From the NCBI GenBank assembly GCA_030167865.1, contig JALAGF010005306.1:1-42813 (forward strand): DNA of 42,813 nt. The letters run 5' to 3'. The notes beneath the pieces were generated by a model. The model did no database searches, was not told the origin of the DNA, and was given only the letters and a program-made list of their open reading frames with translations. The DNA is from Craspedostauros australis. Lineage: Eukaryota. Positions 27,101 through 37,596 of this stretch are shown piece by piece. How positions within the stretch are numbered: the stretch's first letter is position 1; every line of letters starts with the position of its first letter. The position numbers were made by a program, and so were the translations under genes.

Positions 27101-28466
27101 CCCCGCTGCGAAGTCTCAGAAGAAGCGGACGTTGGACGAATCGAAACAGCAAAGCGAACCGGACACGAAGAAACGAACAACGGTGGTCGGTGGCACTGGT
27201 GCCAACGCCGCCACGAGCATGGACACCACATCGGGTTCTGCTCCTTCCAGTGCAGCAGGAGCAGCAACAGGAGGAGGAACGGAAAGATCCCGTTCGCCTG
27301 TTCCCCCACTCCGTGGCAATCTGCAACGTCGAAAGTCTGCCGACAATAAAGAGCTCAGCATGAAAGAGAAGCTTCTTGAGAAGAAACGCAAACTGGCTCT
27401 GGCGGTGAAGAAGAAGGAGGCACAGCTCACGAAGAAGCGAAGCCGGTCCGACGAGAATTTGTCGGTCGACGGCGTTGGCGAAATCACCCCCGTTCCCTCG
27501 ACCGATACCATCGGTGACATGCAGGCCGTATCGACAGAAGCAGCGGTAGCAGCAACAACAGAGGCCTCGACGGTGACAACGGAAGCGGCAGCGCCTCTGT
27601 CTGAGAACGCAAAGGCAGCACCAGCAGAAGTTGCTGCTGGTGCTGCAGTGACGGAGGCGCCAACGGAAGCTGTAGCGAAGACCACGGAACCCAAGATGAG
27701 TGCCATCGACGAGTCAGCTCCGTTCAACCCGAAGGTTCAGGCTGTGGCGACGACCACGATGGCACAACCCTCTGGCGCTGCCACTGGAACATCCCCAGCC
27801 GACTCTGGCACACCGGCCGTCGCGGCCCCTGCTGCAGCACAGCCTCCGATGACTGCGCCCGTGCAAAATCCATTCGGTGCATTCGGAGCCGCGAAAGCTC
27901 AGCCCGCGCTTGCCTTTGGATTTGGACAGCAGGCGTCCACAGGCTTCGGTGCTTCGACTGCAGCAGCAGCAGCAGCAACGCCAACAACGATGGTCAAGCC
28001 TGCGCTGACGTCTGCACCGGCACCTGCGACGGCAACATTTGGACAAACATCGACGTTTGGTGGTGCGGCCAAGAGCACATTTGGCGGGCCATTCGGCTCA
28101 GGTGCTCCAGCGCCAGCAGCAAGCGCAAGCTCTGGTGGTGGCAGTGCGGCAGCTGCTCCCAGCGCAGGCAGCGGCGCCTTTTTGAACATGAAGCCACCGG
28201 CGAACAACGCATCAAGCGCAGTTCAATTTAGCTTCGGCAGATCGGGATCCATCACGCTTCCCACGCCATCTCAGAAGTCACCGCAAAGCCAGATGCTCAG
28301 TGCATTTTCGGGGCCGTCGGGCGCGCCATTTTCGAAGGGCGGAGTGACGGCGACGCCGCTATTTGGGGGGAAGCCAGCTGGGGATAAAGTTGCCAATGCA
28401 GCAGCATCGGGCAACACACAAGAAGAAGGCGAAGTCGACGACAAAGAAGAGGGAGAGATGAGCTAA
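21194..28466 (+). CDS. TPR: Nuclear basket coiled-coil nucleoporin TPR/Mlp1/NUA; exons 21194-21624, 22021-23938, 24246-25163, 25494-28466, about 2079 aa
   Basis: Long coiled coil with TPR/Mlp hallmarks: GLTDLYARL, SIAEMQSQNQRLL, IVQQRDLYRALL, AQ|DNYERELALHA, ELREIIRFLRSDK and WKDRVKSLVSKFNQIDP. Three frame-restoring GT-AG introns (21625-22020, 23939-24245, 25164-25493). Confidence 0.88.
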
Positions 28467-28661
28467 AACGTTGGTAGCGATAGCCAGTCACCATCAACCT
28501 CATCCATGAACTACGGGCTATTGCATCTGTGGAAGTCTTGTTTGCAGCGTACCAAACACTGGTCTGAATACTCTAATCTATCTTAACAGGACTCGACTCT
28601 GCACAACTGAGTCTCTGCATCAGATTCGGTTTGATGTTGCACACTGCAAAGGAGCCAAGCT

Positions 28662-29243
28662 CTACGACTGCTCACGTTCTTGCTGCTTCTTCTCCATCGC
28701 GCCGGCATCCGGTTCGCCACGTTGCTCCACAAACTCGCCATCGTACGCCTGCTTCAATCCAGCTTTAGCATCCTCCTCATCCATGCGATGTTTGATCCAG
28801 TAGCTGTCTTCCAGATGCAGAACAGGAATGTCGTACTTGTACTTCGAGAACCAAACCTCGTTGTCGGCATCGGTGATGTCCACCTGTTCCAGAGTGTGCG
28901 GATATTCCTCGCGCACGGTCTGCAGTACATCCTTGACCTTATCGCACAGCGTGCAACCTTCCTTCGTGAATAGCTTGACGGTCGGTGCGGCTTCGCTTTC
29001 CGCAGAGTACGACACACCGGAAACGCTTGCGAAGAGGCGCGATGCTGGTTGCGTGACTGCGGCCTGTGGATGGAATGCACGCGTGGCTGCTGGCGCCGCT
29101 GATATCGCTGCTCTTGCCCTCGTTGGCAGCATGTTCGTGCTGTGCATCGCGAATGAGAGCGAGCGATGGATCATGGTGACATGCAGAAGAAGTGCGAAGG
29201 ATGGTGCGATTTTGCGGATACTGCGTGTCGTGTGCAGTCTCAT
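28662..29243 (-). CDS. Glutaredoxin-like protein (DUF836/YDR286C type) with an organellar presequence
   Basis: Motifs VKLFTKEGCTLCDKVK (CxxC), LEQVDIT and KYKYDIPVLH. Arg/Ala/Ser-rich N-terminal extension. Start chosen at the first ATG (29243) and is uncertain. Confidence 0.85.
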   Translation of the reverse strand: MRLHTTRSIRKIAPSFALLLHVTMIHRSLSFAMHSTNMLPTRARAAISAAPAATRAFHPQAAVTQPASRLFASVSGVSYSAESEAAPTVKLFTKEGCTLCDKVKDVLQTVREEYPHTLEQVDITDADNEVWFSKYKYDIPVLHLEDSYWIKHRMDEEDAKAGLKQAYDGEFVEQRGEPDAGAMEKKQQEREQS

Positions 29244-29802
29244 CTTGTTCTCGCGGATCACTGTGCCAACAGCGATGACGACGACGATGGCGACGACGCT
29301 GATGATGTGGATGTGAGTTCTTGATCCTTCTTATTGTAGCTTGTTGCGTTGGCTATGAGAGGATGAACCGATGCTCTCTTTGTTCTTCCATCGGTGTGTT
29401 GTGATGCGGAATTGTGCTTCGGTTTTGTGAGGCGGAGAGCGACTTTTGTTCGTTGCCGTCGGCGTTGGTGATGATAGCTCTATTGCTAAATACGGGTTGT
29501 TCAATTATGCTTTAATCCAAATACGTGATTGCGTCAATTTCGGAATGCATCGTAGTTAGCTTAGAGCTAATACGATGATTCCAGCACAAACATCTTTTGG
29601 CGCGAGTTTTGCCACCAACACAAATGAGGCTGCGCAAAGCGCGTCAATGACCGAAACGTGGCACGATGCAACCCGACATACACCCCAATGCGCGAGCAGA
29701 GCGATGCTTCTTTCTCTTCCCGTGTTGCTGGTGATCGATATCCTCTCATAAATCCCAACAGCGGTGTCACAACTCCATCCTCCACAAACAAACTGATCAG
29801 CC

Positions 29803-31296
29803 ATGGTGATCTCGTTTTCCATGCTGCTGAAGGGGAGGATCAACTTGAGAGCTGCGTCCGGCCTGAGATCGGGAGCGCGTTGGATATCCTTCAATGATGT
29901 GCACGGCTCGCGCCTTGTGCGGCGTGCCTCATCATGGCCGTTGCTTTCATCTCTCCCGCTCAATGGTGTGCTGAACCAAAACCGCAATGCGCGACAACTG
30001 CAGCGTTGGTGGGGGTCGTCATCCTCCTTGATTTCGGCCTCAACCAACAGACGAGTTCTCGAGTTGACGCACGCAGCAAGTGCCAATGGACAGTGCGGCG
30101 CACAGCATCCTTCTTCCGCCCGCAGCATTCACCAGCCAGTGATCAGGAACTTCACCAGATCACTCGTGACAAGGTCACCTCCCGACTCCGCAAAGCCGTC
30201 AAAGTTAGAAAAGGAAGTGAACGATTCATCAACTACATCGACGCCGACGTCCACCTCGGCCGCATTCTCAACGTTGGATGAGACTACCAGCAGCAGCAGC
30301 AGCAACGCCGGCGATACCAACGACACGATTGCCAGCACTGGCGATGCTCCGCCAACGACGACATCGGATCCACCGATCCTCACTTGGGTCGACGATTACC
30401 TGCCAACCAACCTGCAACCGTACGCTCGACTCGCACGCGCCGACAAACCGATCGGTACGTGGCTGTTGCTGTGGCCGTGCTTCTGGTCCACCGCCATATC
30501 CGCCCAGGCGGGTGCTCTCCCAGATCCGTACCTTCTATCGCTCTTCACGATCGGCGGATTTGTCATGCGTGGAGCGGGTTGCACGATCAATGACATGTGG
30601 GACAAGGACATCGACAAACGCGTCGCACGTACGGCCGCCCGTCCTCTCGCGCAGGGCGACCTGACGCAGCAACAGGCGCTGACATTCCTGGCCGCCCAAT
30701 TGAGTGTCGGCCTGGGCGTGCTTCTGAGTCTTCCCAACACAGTATACTGCTTCTTTTGGGGCGCAGCATCGTTGCCACTCGTGTTTGCGTATCCCCTGAT
30801 GAAGCGATACACCGACTGGCCGCAGCTCGTGCTCGGATTGACGTTCAATTGGGGCGCATGGATGGGATGGGCGGCAACGTACGGTTCCATGGACTACTCC
30901 ATCATCGCTCCGCTGTACCTGTCCGGCGTCACCTGGACCATTGTGTACGACACCATCTACGCGAATCAAGACAAGAAGGACGATGCTGCGCTCGGGCTGA
31001 AATCAACAGCGCTGACCTTCGGCGAGGACGTCCAGCAGCACAAGCTGCTCCTCCATGGCTTTGCTGGCTTTACGTGGTCGCAGTGGATGCTGGCGGGGTA
31101 CATGGCCCAACTTTCGCCGTTGCACGCCATCGGCGTTACCGGCGCATACGCGCATCTCGTGTGGCAAATTCAAACAGCCGACCTGGATGATCCGCACAAC
31201 CTGGCAAAGCGCTTTCGCAGCAACACCATCACGGGCGGTCTCGTGTTTTCCTCGATCATGTTGGGCAACATCACATCACCGATGTTCCCCCTTTGA
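29803..31296 (+). CDS. COQ2: 4-hydroxybenzoate polyprenyltransferase, mitochondrial (UbiA family)
   Basis: Motifs RLARADKPIGTWLLLWPC, RGAGCTINDMWDKDID, RTAARPL, YPLMKR, LGLTFNWG and YDTIYANQDKKDD. Long Arg/Ser-rich N-terminus. Exact start uncertain. Confidence 0.95.
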   Translation: MVISFSMLLKGRINLRAASGLRSGARWISFNDVHGSRLVRRASSWPLLSSLPLNGVLNQNRNARQLQRWWGSSSSLISASTNRRVLELTHAASANGQCGAQHPSSARSIHQPVIRNFTRSLVTRSPPDSAKPSKLEKEVNDSSTTSTPTSTSAAFSTLDETTSSSSSNAGDTNDTIASTGDAPPTTTSDPPILTWVDDYLPTNLQPYARLARADKPIGTWLLLWPCFWSTAISAQAGALPDPYLLSLFTIGGFVMRGAGCTINDMWDKDIDKRVARTAARPLAQGDLTQQQALTFLAAQLSVGLGVLLSLPNTVYCFFWGAASLPLVFAYPLMKRYTDWPQLVLGLTFNWGAWMGWAATYGSMDYSIIAPLYLSGVTWTIVYDTIYANQDKKDDAALGLKSTALTFGEDVQQHKLLLHGFAGFTWSQWMLAGYMAQLSPLHAIGVTGAYAHLVWQIQTADLDDPHNLAKRFRSNTITGGLVFSSIMLGNITSPMFPL

Positions 31297-31632
31297 GGCC
31301 TCTTCTTGGGAAGAACTCGATTCATCCATGCATTCATCCATCCATGTACCCATCAGTCGAGGAATGGAAAAGTAAGCCAGGATGGTCAGCATAGATGCGA
31401 GACCGGTGGGTTGTCGCCGTACCCGTTGTCAACCATGGAAGCACAATGTGAACGGAGCTAACACAACCACAAATTTGTACAAGCACACTGTCAGTGATCA
31501 TTAGAGACTGGCGTAGTCGACAACGGGGATGTAGTACCGCTTGCATTTCCGTCGTCTCATCACCGTTCAAATCTGAAGTCCAAGTTTAGCGTAGAGTACG
31601 AGGATTAGCATTAGTAATAGAGAGAGCACACG

Positions 31633-32946
31633 CTATCGGATCATCATGTACACCGACTTCCTGTCTTGATTCCAATTGCCTTCTTGGTGCTGACCGGCCC
31701 TGTTCTCATTCTTCAACCCAGGATCGAATATCTGTACCTGACGCTGCTGCAAAGAGCTTCCCAACAGCTGGCAATAGGATTGAAATGGTTGAGGTTGCTG
31801 CAACACTGTCGAGACATCAATCGACACGCACGGCGGTGAGATACTTTGTGCCGGAGTGTCGGCATCCGATGCCGAGGTCGAACTCTGCGCTTTCGGGCAG
31901 GCATCTTTGTAGTGTCCCAACTCTCCACACTTCCAGCATGGCACACGCGCGGCATGCTCTCGTCTTTTCAATGCGACCTGCTCTTCCTTGCTCTTCACCG
32001 CCAATTGTGGACATTCGAACAATCCGTGATCAGGATCGTGGCAAAGGAAGCACGGCCCGCCCATGGGCTTCTTCTTCATGGCCATGCGCCGTTGGATGAG
32101 GTCCATCCTCGACTCGCGTTCCGCTTGGCTCTCGTACAGCTGTACGGCAAGCGTGGCGCTCTTTGTCTTCAGCTTCTGCAGACTCTTCTCTTTGCCCGTA
32201 CGTCGTTTCGTGCTGGCCGTGTTGATGTGCTTGCGAGAAGTCACGGCTCTTGGCAAGCAACATGGGGCCAAGCATGCCAACGGACATTTCACCTTCCCAA
32301 GACCATTGACCAGACCGCAAAACGACGGCCCGAGTTGCTTGCACAAGTGAATCCCTGCCATGGACACGGGTAGTTCCAACTGTTGCAAACGACCCAGCAC
32401 AGCATCGTAGTCATGCAAATTCGCACCGGCCCAAATCTCGATCTCTGGCCTCCCCTGCTCCACTGCCGCTTCGTTGCACACCTTGATGTGATGCCAGTTG
32501 ATCGTCGTCACTTTCTCCAGCAGAATCACCTTGTTCAAATGATCCGGCGCGAGCAAGGCGAACAACATCGACAGCAGTCCTTTTCCACCGCACGCGTCGA
32601 CTAGGATGTACGGATCGGTCATCGGGCATGCAAGGATCATCTGGTGCAGCACCACGATGGATTCCTCCAATTCATGCAGCAGGCTTCGCTTATGCAGCAA
32701 CGAACGCCACTGAGGATCTCCCCCGTGACGATGGCCCAAGTCCCTGACGACTTCCACAACCTGCTCCGTCATCTCCGGATAGAATCGCTCGTCGCATGCC
32801 TTCCGGATCAACTGATCACATGCCCTCCACACATTCCACATCGCACCTGAATCGCCGGTGCTGCCGTCGTCTGACGGAGCGTTGCCATTGTCACGTTTCG
32901 TATCACGATCACTGGTGCTGTTCGTGTTGCTATTGGGAGGTTCCAT
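31633..32946 (-). CDS. Putative class I SAM-dependent methyltransferase-like protein with two CCHC zinc knuckles, about 437 aa
   Basis: Motif I-like ILVDACGGKGLLS, then GIHLCKQLG and LAPCCLP, reminiscent of Trm13/Methyltransf_32-type H-x-C and P-C-C motifs. Knuckles CFLCHDPDHGLFEC and CWKCGELGHYKDAC fit C-x2-C-x4-H-x4-C. First in-frame ATG at 32946. Confidence 0.75.
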   Translation of the reverse strand: MEPPNSNTNSTSDRDTKRDNGNAPSDDGSTGDSGAMWNVWRACDQLIRKACDERFYPEMTEQVVEVVRDLGHRHGGDPQWRSLLHKRSLLHELEESIVVLHQMILACPMTDPYILVDACGGKGLLSMLFALLAPDHLNKVILLEKVTTINWHHIKVCNEAAVEQGRPEIEIWAGANLHDYDAVLGRLQQLELPVSMAGIHLCKQLGPSFCGLVNGLGKVKCPLACLAPCCLPRAVTSRKHINTASTKRRTGKEKSLQKLKTKSATLAVQLYESQAERESRMDLIQRRMAMKKKPMGGPCFLCHDPDHGLFECPQLAVKSKEEQVALKRREHAARVPCWKCGELGHYKDACPKAQSSTSASDADTPAQSISPPCVSIDVSTVLQQPQPFQSYCQLLGSSLQQRQVQIFDPGLKNENRAGQHQEGNWNQDRKSVYMMIR

Positions 32947-33628
32947 CAAGTTGGAAAGATCTTGGTACGAAGGCACGGGTGTTGACAGAGAATCGCATGT
33001 GTTGCCGCAGAGAGGAATGTTGTTTCGTATGACTATGTATTGTAATAATACGTACAAATGAGAGAGATGATCTCATCTGTCTGCGATAACTCTCTATTGT
33101 GTGTGTACTTCGTGTTGTTCCGTGACGCGATTTTCTGTTTTTGACCTTTTTGTGTGGACAGACAAGATCCACCAAAGAACCATTGAGACCCGCTTTCTGA
33201 GTCACGAATAAGTGGACGGGCGAAATATTTGTCGATTAGAAATGCAAGCAGGTCAGACGTTGTTGACGAGACTGCTTTGATTCGAGGTACATACACATAA
33301 ATCATATTTGCCGCACATCCCTCAGACGGCCTCTTGATTCGATACGATGCACTATGGTTCCTTTGAAGCTTCTTTGTACAACTTCAACTTGTTGGTGAAT
33401 CCGGTCGTGTATGTGACTCATTTGGATCACGAGCATCCGCGAGTCGTTTGGCGCCATTCGTGTTCCTTCTTCCGCAAACAACCTCTTGCGCGAACATCGC
33501 GGCGCAACTCAGTGTCATCCTGTTCACTGAGTCTGCCTTCGTCTCATCTCATCCATCCCTGCTCCACACAGTGCATACCTACTACACCAATACTGTTAAG
33601 ACGTCCGCAAAGGAGGCATCCGCTCGCT

Positions 33629-35140
33629 ATGGCTGCAGCTGAGAATGTCACCAAAGAGTGTCGCAGCGTCATCGAGGATGACGAGGATCTCTCACAACAC
33701 TCGAGCTGGCGCATTGCGCTGTACTACCAGTACATCGATCTTTCGGATGTGGCAGGGCATGTCAGCTTCCAAAGAGGTCTGTGCGAGAAGTATGGCTTCA
33801 TGGGTCGCATACGGATCAGCGCGGAGGGTGTCAACGGCGTGCTCGGCGGCATCCATTCGAAGCTGAGGCGATACGAGGCAGATTTCTGCGAAGAATTGAG
33901 CCGGCTGCGGGGTAGCAGCGACACTCCGAAAGACGCAAGCGCAGAATGCCAATCTCAAAAGGAGCTGCATCTGAAGTACTGCCATCTGCGGACGGATCTT
34001 TCGATCGAAAGCCAGCTCTTCGACACGCTCATGGTCAAGGAGACCAAGTCGGTCATCAGTTTATTCGATCATGATATTCAGCAAGCAGGATCGGCATCGG
34101 GAGCATCCAACTCCCAAAAGGGGCGCTCCAAACAAAGCAACAGACGTCGACGACGCAAGGACCAGCGGAAACATCAGCAGCAGTATCAGCAGCAGCATGA
34201 TGCAGTGGCCGGAGAAGGCAACGGTGCTCACGGTGATTCCCGGGCTGATGCGACACAAAACACGACGCCGGTGCCGATACCGATGCCGATCCCGACGGGG
34301 CTTTCTCCAACGCTACCACAAGACCTGCTGCAAACGGACCCGGCCCCTCATCTCTCGGCGCAGGAGTGGAATGATCGCTTGATGCAAAGTAGCAAAGGTT
34401 GCGACAGCGAAGGTCGAGCTGCGCCTCGGGACGAAGGTGCTCCCGCTGGAAATATTGAAGCTGATAAATCTGCGATCATACTGGATGTCCGCAATTGCTA
34501 CGAGAGTAGGGTTGGGCATTTCGCCGTTCCCAACGTCCCAACCCTGCTGACCAATACAAGAAAGTACTCCGACCTGCCCACCATGCTGGCGACGCATCCT
34601 GAAATCCAGGAACGCAAACAGGTCTTCATGTACTGCACGGGCGGAGTTCGGTGCGAACGCGTCAGCATGCTCATGCAAACGCTGTACCCTGACAAGCAGT
34701 TCTTCCAGCTGAAGGGTGGGATCCAAACCTATCTGAAGGATACGGAGGCGTCTGCCAATCTGTATTTGGGCAAGAACTTTGTGTTCGATCCCAGACGCAC
34801 CGATCCCGTGCATTTCGGAACAACGGTTGGGAGATGCATCGTGTGCGATGGACCCCATGACGACTATGACAACGGCCATGCACCAAGCGAACGCAAGGAG
34901 GCACGGTGCAGGACATGTCGCATGCTTATCTTGGTGTGCAATGCCTGCCGTCCGAGCTACCGGTGTTTTGGTGAGGACACTACCGCTGACGGAAGAAGTG
35001 GAGCCGATGCTCAAGAGCAACGGACACCGCTGTTCTGCGGATTTCCCGAGACTCGATGCATCCACGAAGGCGTCGCACCAGCCCCCGAACTGATTAGAAT
35101 CGAGAATTGTAACATACGTAGTGGATTGGAGCAAAAATGA
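33629..35140 (+). CDS. Rhodanese-domain protein of the TrhO (YceA/UPF0176)/TSTD2 family, about 503 aa
   Basis: Motifs ALYYQY, GRIRISAEGVNG, HLSAQEW, LDVRNCYESRVGHF, MYCTGGVRCE, QLKGGI, GKNFVFD, and a Cys-rich C-terminus (C..C, CRTCRMLILVC). Likely start MAAAENV at 33629; the open frame extends up to 33347. Confidence 0.9.
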   Translation: MAAAENVTKECRSVIEDDEDLSQHSSWRIALYYQYIDLSDVAGHVSFQRGLCEKYGFMGRIRISAEGVNGVLGGIHSKLRRYEADFCEELSRLRGSSDTPKDASAECQSQKELHLKYCHLRTDLSIESQLFDTLMVKETKSVISLFDHDIQQAGSASGASNSQKGRSKQSNRRRRRKDQRKHQQQYQQQHDAVAGEGNGAHGDSRADATQNTTPVPIPMPIPTGLSPTLPQDLLQTDPAPHLSAQEWNDRLMQSSKGCDSEGRAAPRDEGAPAGNIEADKSAIILDVRNCYESRVGHFAVPNVPTLLTNTRKYSDLPTMLATHPEIQERKQVFMYCTGGVRCERVSMLMQTLYPDKQFFQLKGGIQTYLKDTEASANLYLGKNFVFDPRRTDPVHFGTTVGRCIVCDGPHDDYDNGHAPSERKEARCRTCRMLILVCNACRPSYRCFGEDTTADGRSGADAQEQRTPLFCGFPETRCIHEGVAPAPELIRIENCNIRSGLEQK

Positions 35141-35310
35141 ACTGGCCGAGGATGAATTCTTACTCTTTCTTGTACTCAGATGCCATGAAGGTGGTGCAAC
35201 GAATGTCACACCTGGAACCATCCAGTATGAATAGGAGCACACGTCGTCACCCTTAACTTCGCAACGCAAACATTGTTCAGAAAAAAAAAACTAGCCAAAG
35301 AGGTGACATT

Positions 35311-36696
35311 TCAACTGTACGCCTGAAGAGTTGCCTTCTGGAATTCACCGAATGTTGATCGCCAACGAGATTTCAACGACATTGGGTTTGACGGGTCCGC
35401 GCCATCATCGACCAACGGTGGAAGGGGCAGTTCTGGTGCTGGCTGCAAGAAGAGAGCGAGAGATTCACGCGACACGTTGGGGCGTGATGTGGATCGCACA
35501 GCGTGGGGGGTTGCTTGCAATCTGCCTTGGCTCTGGATCTCAATCGTTTCGCCAATCTGGTACCCAATCGACGTTGTGGCAAGCGACACGGCGACTTCTT
35601 GTGCTCCCTCCGTTCGTGGTTGGATGTACAGACCGCCCTTCCCCGTCGCACCGTTGCCTTTTACTTGTCCAGCATCTCCAGCGCTGTTTTTCATTTCACC
35701 GTCAGATGCCAGAAACATGCCTGGCAACAAGGCAGTCAGCGATCCATGATCCGTATGCCAGCCGCACCAGTCATCTGTCGCAGTCGTGTCAGTTGCTTTG
35801 GTTGACTGTTCACCAACCTGGCTCTCGCTACTTGCTGTCGCTACCGTTGTTGTTGATTCTCGTGGATAGTAGTGCAGCAAACGCGCTTTGCAATTTTCAC
35901 AAGCGCGCAATGTATCATACAGCTTGTAGACTGGAGCTACGTTGGTTCGGTCGCTGGCTGTTACTGTTGCATCGCAGTCTTCTTTGGAATGCCCGCTGCA
36001 TGTGGTCATGTCGGCCTTTCGCATTTGCTCCAGGTAGACGTCGCAGAGCTGCACAATCCAAAGTCCGACGTCCTTCATGAACTCGGTCATTTGCTGCAAC
36101 GTGCGTTCCAACTCCGGAATGGGATCGGACGGGAAGACGTTGTCGAAGTGGAACGCAGCATCGTTGGCACCCTGCGCGACGAAGGGATTGACGTAGAAGC
36201 TTCCCTTCGAGGTGTCGTACGATCCATCCTTCAGACGTTCGCGGCCATGGGACCACCCGATGGAGTAAAAGGACTCCGGCAGAGCCAACGCTTCCAGTTC
36301 CTCGTTGTCCAGCATCGCCAGCTGCCGTGCCATCGGCAGCAGCTTCTGTCTCAACTGGACGATGGATTCTGGAATGCCCGTGACCTCCAGAATGCCCAAT
36401 CCGTTCGGGCCAAACGCGAGCTCGACCTGATCCAGCAATTCCGCTTGCATGTCGTTGATGCTGCTGTACTCATCGTTGCTCTTAGCGCCATCCTGGATGA
36501 ATGACACGAATTGCTGCAGCTCTTGGTAAGCAATCTTAACCACTGCTGGAGCATTCGTACTTGTGATTGGCGCCGTTTCCTCTCCATTGTCGTTGGTAGA
36601 CGTCGCTGTTGATGCGGCACTGGCATCCAACACCAACGCCAACGCCAACGCCAACGCCAACAGCGCGAGCATGAGCATGAGCCGTGGATGAAGCAT
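35311..36696 (-). CDS. 2-oxoglutarate/Fe(II)-dependent dioxygenase (IPNS/clavaminate-synthase-like fold) with a signal peptide
   Basis: Motifs AFGPNGLGIL, YSIGWSHGRE, KGSFYVNP, KARLLHYYP, WCGWHTDHGSLT (H-x-D), ATPHAV (distal His) and RESLALF (R-x-S). Hydrophobic (LA)n N-terminus. Start uncertain. Confidence 0.88.
   Translation of the reverse strand: MLHPRLMLMLALLALALALALVLDASAASTATSTNDNGEETAPITSTNAPAVVKIAYQELQQFVSFIQDGAKSNDEYSSINDMQAELLDQVELAFGPNGLGILEVTGIPESIVQLRQKLLPMARQLAMLDNEELEALALPESFYSIGWSHGRERLKDGSYDTSKGSFYVNPFVAQGANDAAFHFDNVFPSDPIPELERTLQQMTEFMKDVGLWIVQLCDVYLEQMRKADMTTCSGHSKEDCDATVTASDRTNVAPVYKLYDTLRACENCKARLLHYYPRESTTTVATASSESQVGEQSTKATDTTATDDWCGWHTDHGSLTALLPGMFLASDGEMKNSAGDAGQVKGNGATGKGGLYIQPRTEGAQEVAVSLATTSIGYQIGETIEIQSQGRLQATPHAVRSTSRPNVSRESLALFLQPAPELPLPPLVDDGADPSNPMSLKSRWRSTFGEFQKATLQAYS
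36628..36662 (-). repeat. Hexanucleotide (TTGGCG)n repeat encoding the LALALALAL run of the dioxygenase signal peptide
   Basis: The plus strand reads caacaccaacgccaacgccaacgccaacgccaaca. Confidence 0.8.
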
Positions 36697-37596
36697 CGTG
36701 GAACTGTTGCAGATACGTATGCGGTTGACAAAGAGTCCGCTTTCTCGTGCTCTTGCTCTTGCTCGATGTCCAAGACCTGCTTGTTGCATCTTTCCTCCCG
36801 AATCGGACGACGCAAACGATGGGCGCAAGGAAGTCAGCAAGAGGTGGGATGTTCGTGATGATGGGGAGGGAGCGGTACAGCGCATTGGTGTGAACGGTTC
36901 GCTTCATTTTCCGTGTTTGTTTTGATCTGGTCACGTTAACCATAATATAACGCTTTGGTCATCTTCCAGTCCGACATGCGTCCGTACCAATTTGAATCAC
37001 TTGAGTCCATCGTTCCCACCAATCCGTTCGCCTCGGCAATTCCGAACCATGACGAATGCAACAACACAGAAGAGGAAACATGATTGTTCGGATGTGGCGC
37101 CCAAACACGGTGGTCGTGACCAACAACAACGACGCCAACGAGAAGAGAGGATACGAAACATGGCGCATCAGCAAAGGCGGCGACCATGACCACAATGATG
37201 TGTCGACGTTCCGATGCCACATCACACAATACACATTACACATTACACATTGCAACCTCACCCAACACAGGACGTAGAATAGATACCAGCATACGACTAC
37301 CCACCATACTCTCACCTCACGACGAGTACGAACGGTATTTCTTGCCGATCCCCAACAAGATCAACGCGATTGATTCATGTCCGTAGATCGACCAATCTCT
37401 CCAAGGCCAACCACACACAAGACATCACAATCTGTCTCGCTTGATTCCATCGCGATATCGCACTTCACGGCACACTACTCCGCGAGTGTACCACACCATA
37501 CAGTTCCACCATAAAGTTCCACCACACAAGAACAACGCCATCTATAGCCGTTGCATCCGTATCAGCGTATTCAGAAGCTGAGAGACGAGAGACAAA

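Noticed and set aside
11648..28466. XPO5 and TPR as a nuclear-export gene cluster
   Set aside because: They are separated by unrelated SDR and ClpR genes. Proximity in a compact genome is enough to explain it without synteny data.
31897..32052. Zinc knuckles as evidence of a retrotransposon gag
   Set aside because: No protease, RT, integrase or LTRs nearby. The knuckles are in frame within a cellular-type ORF.
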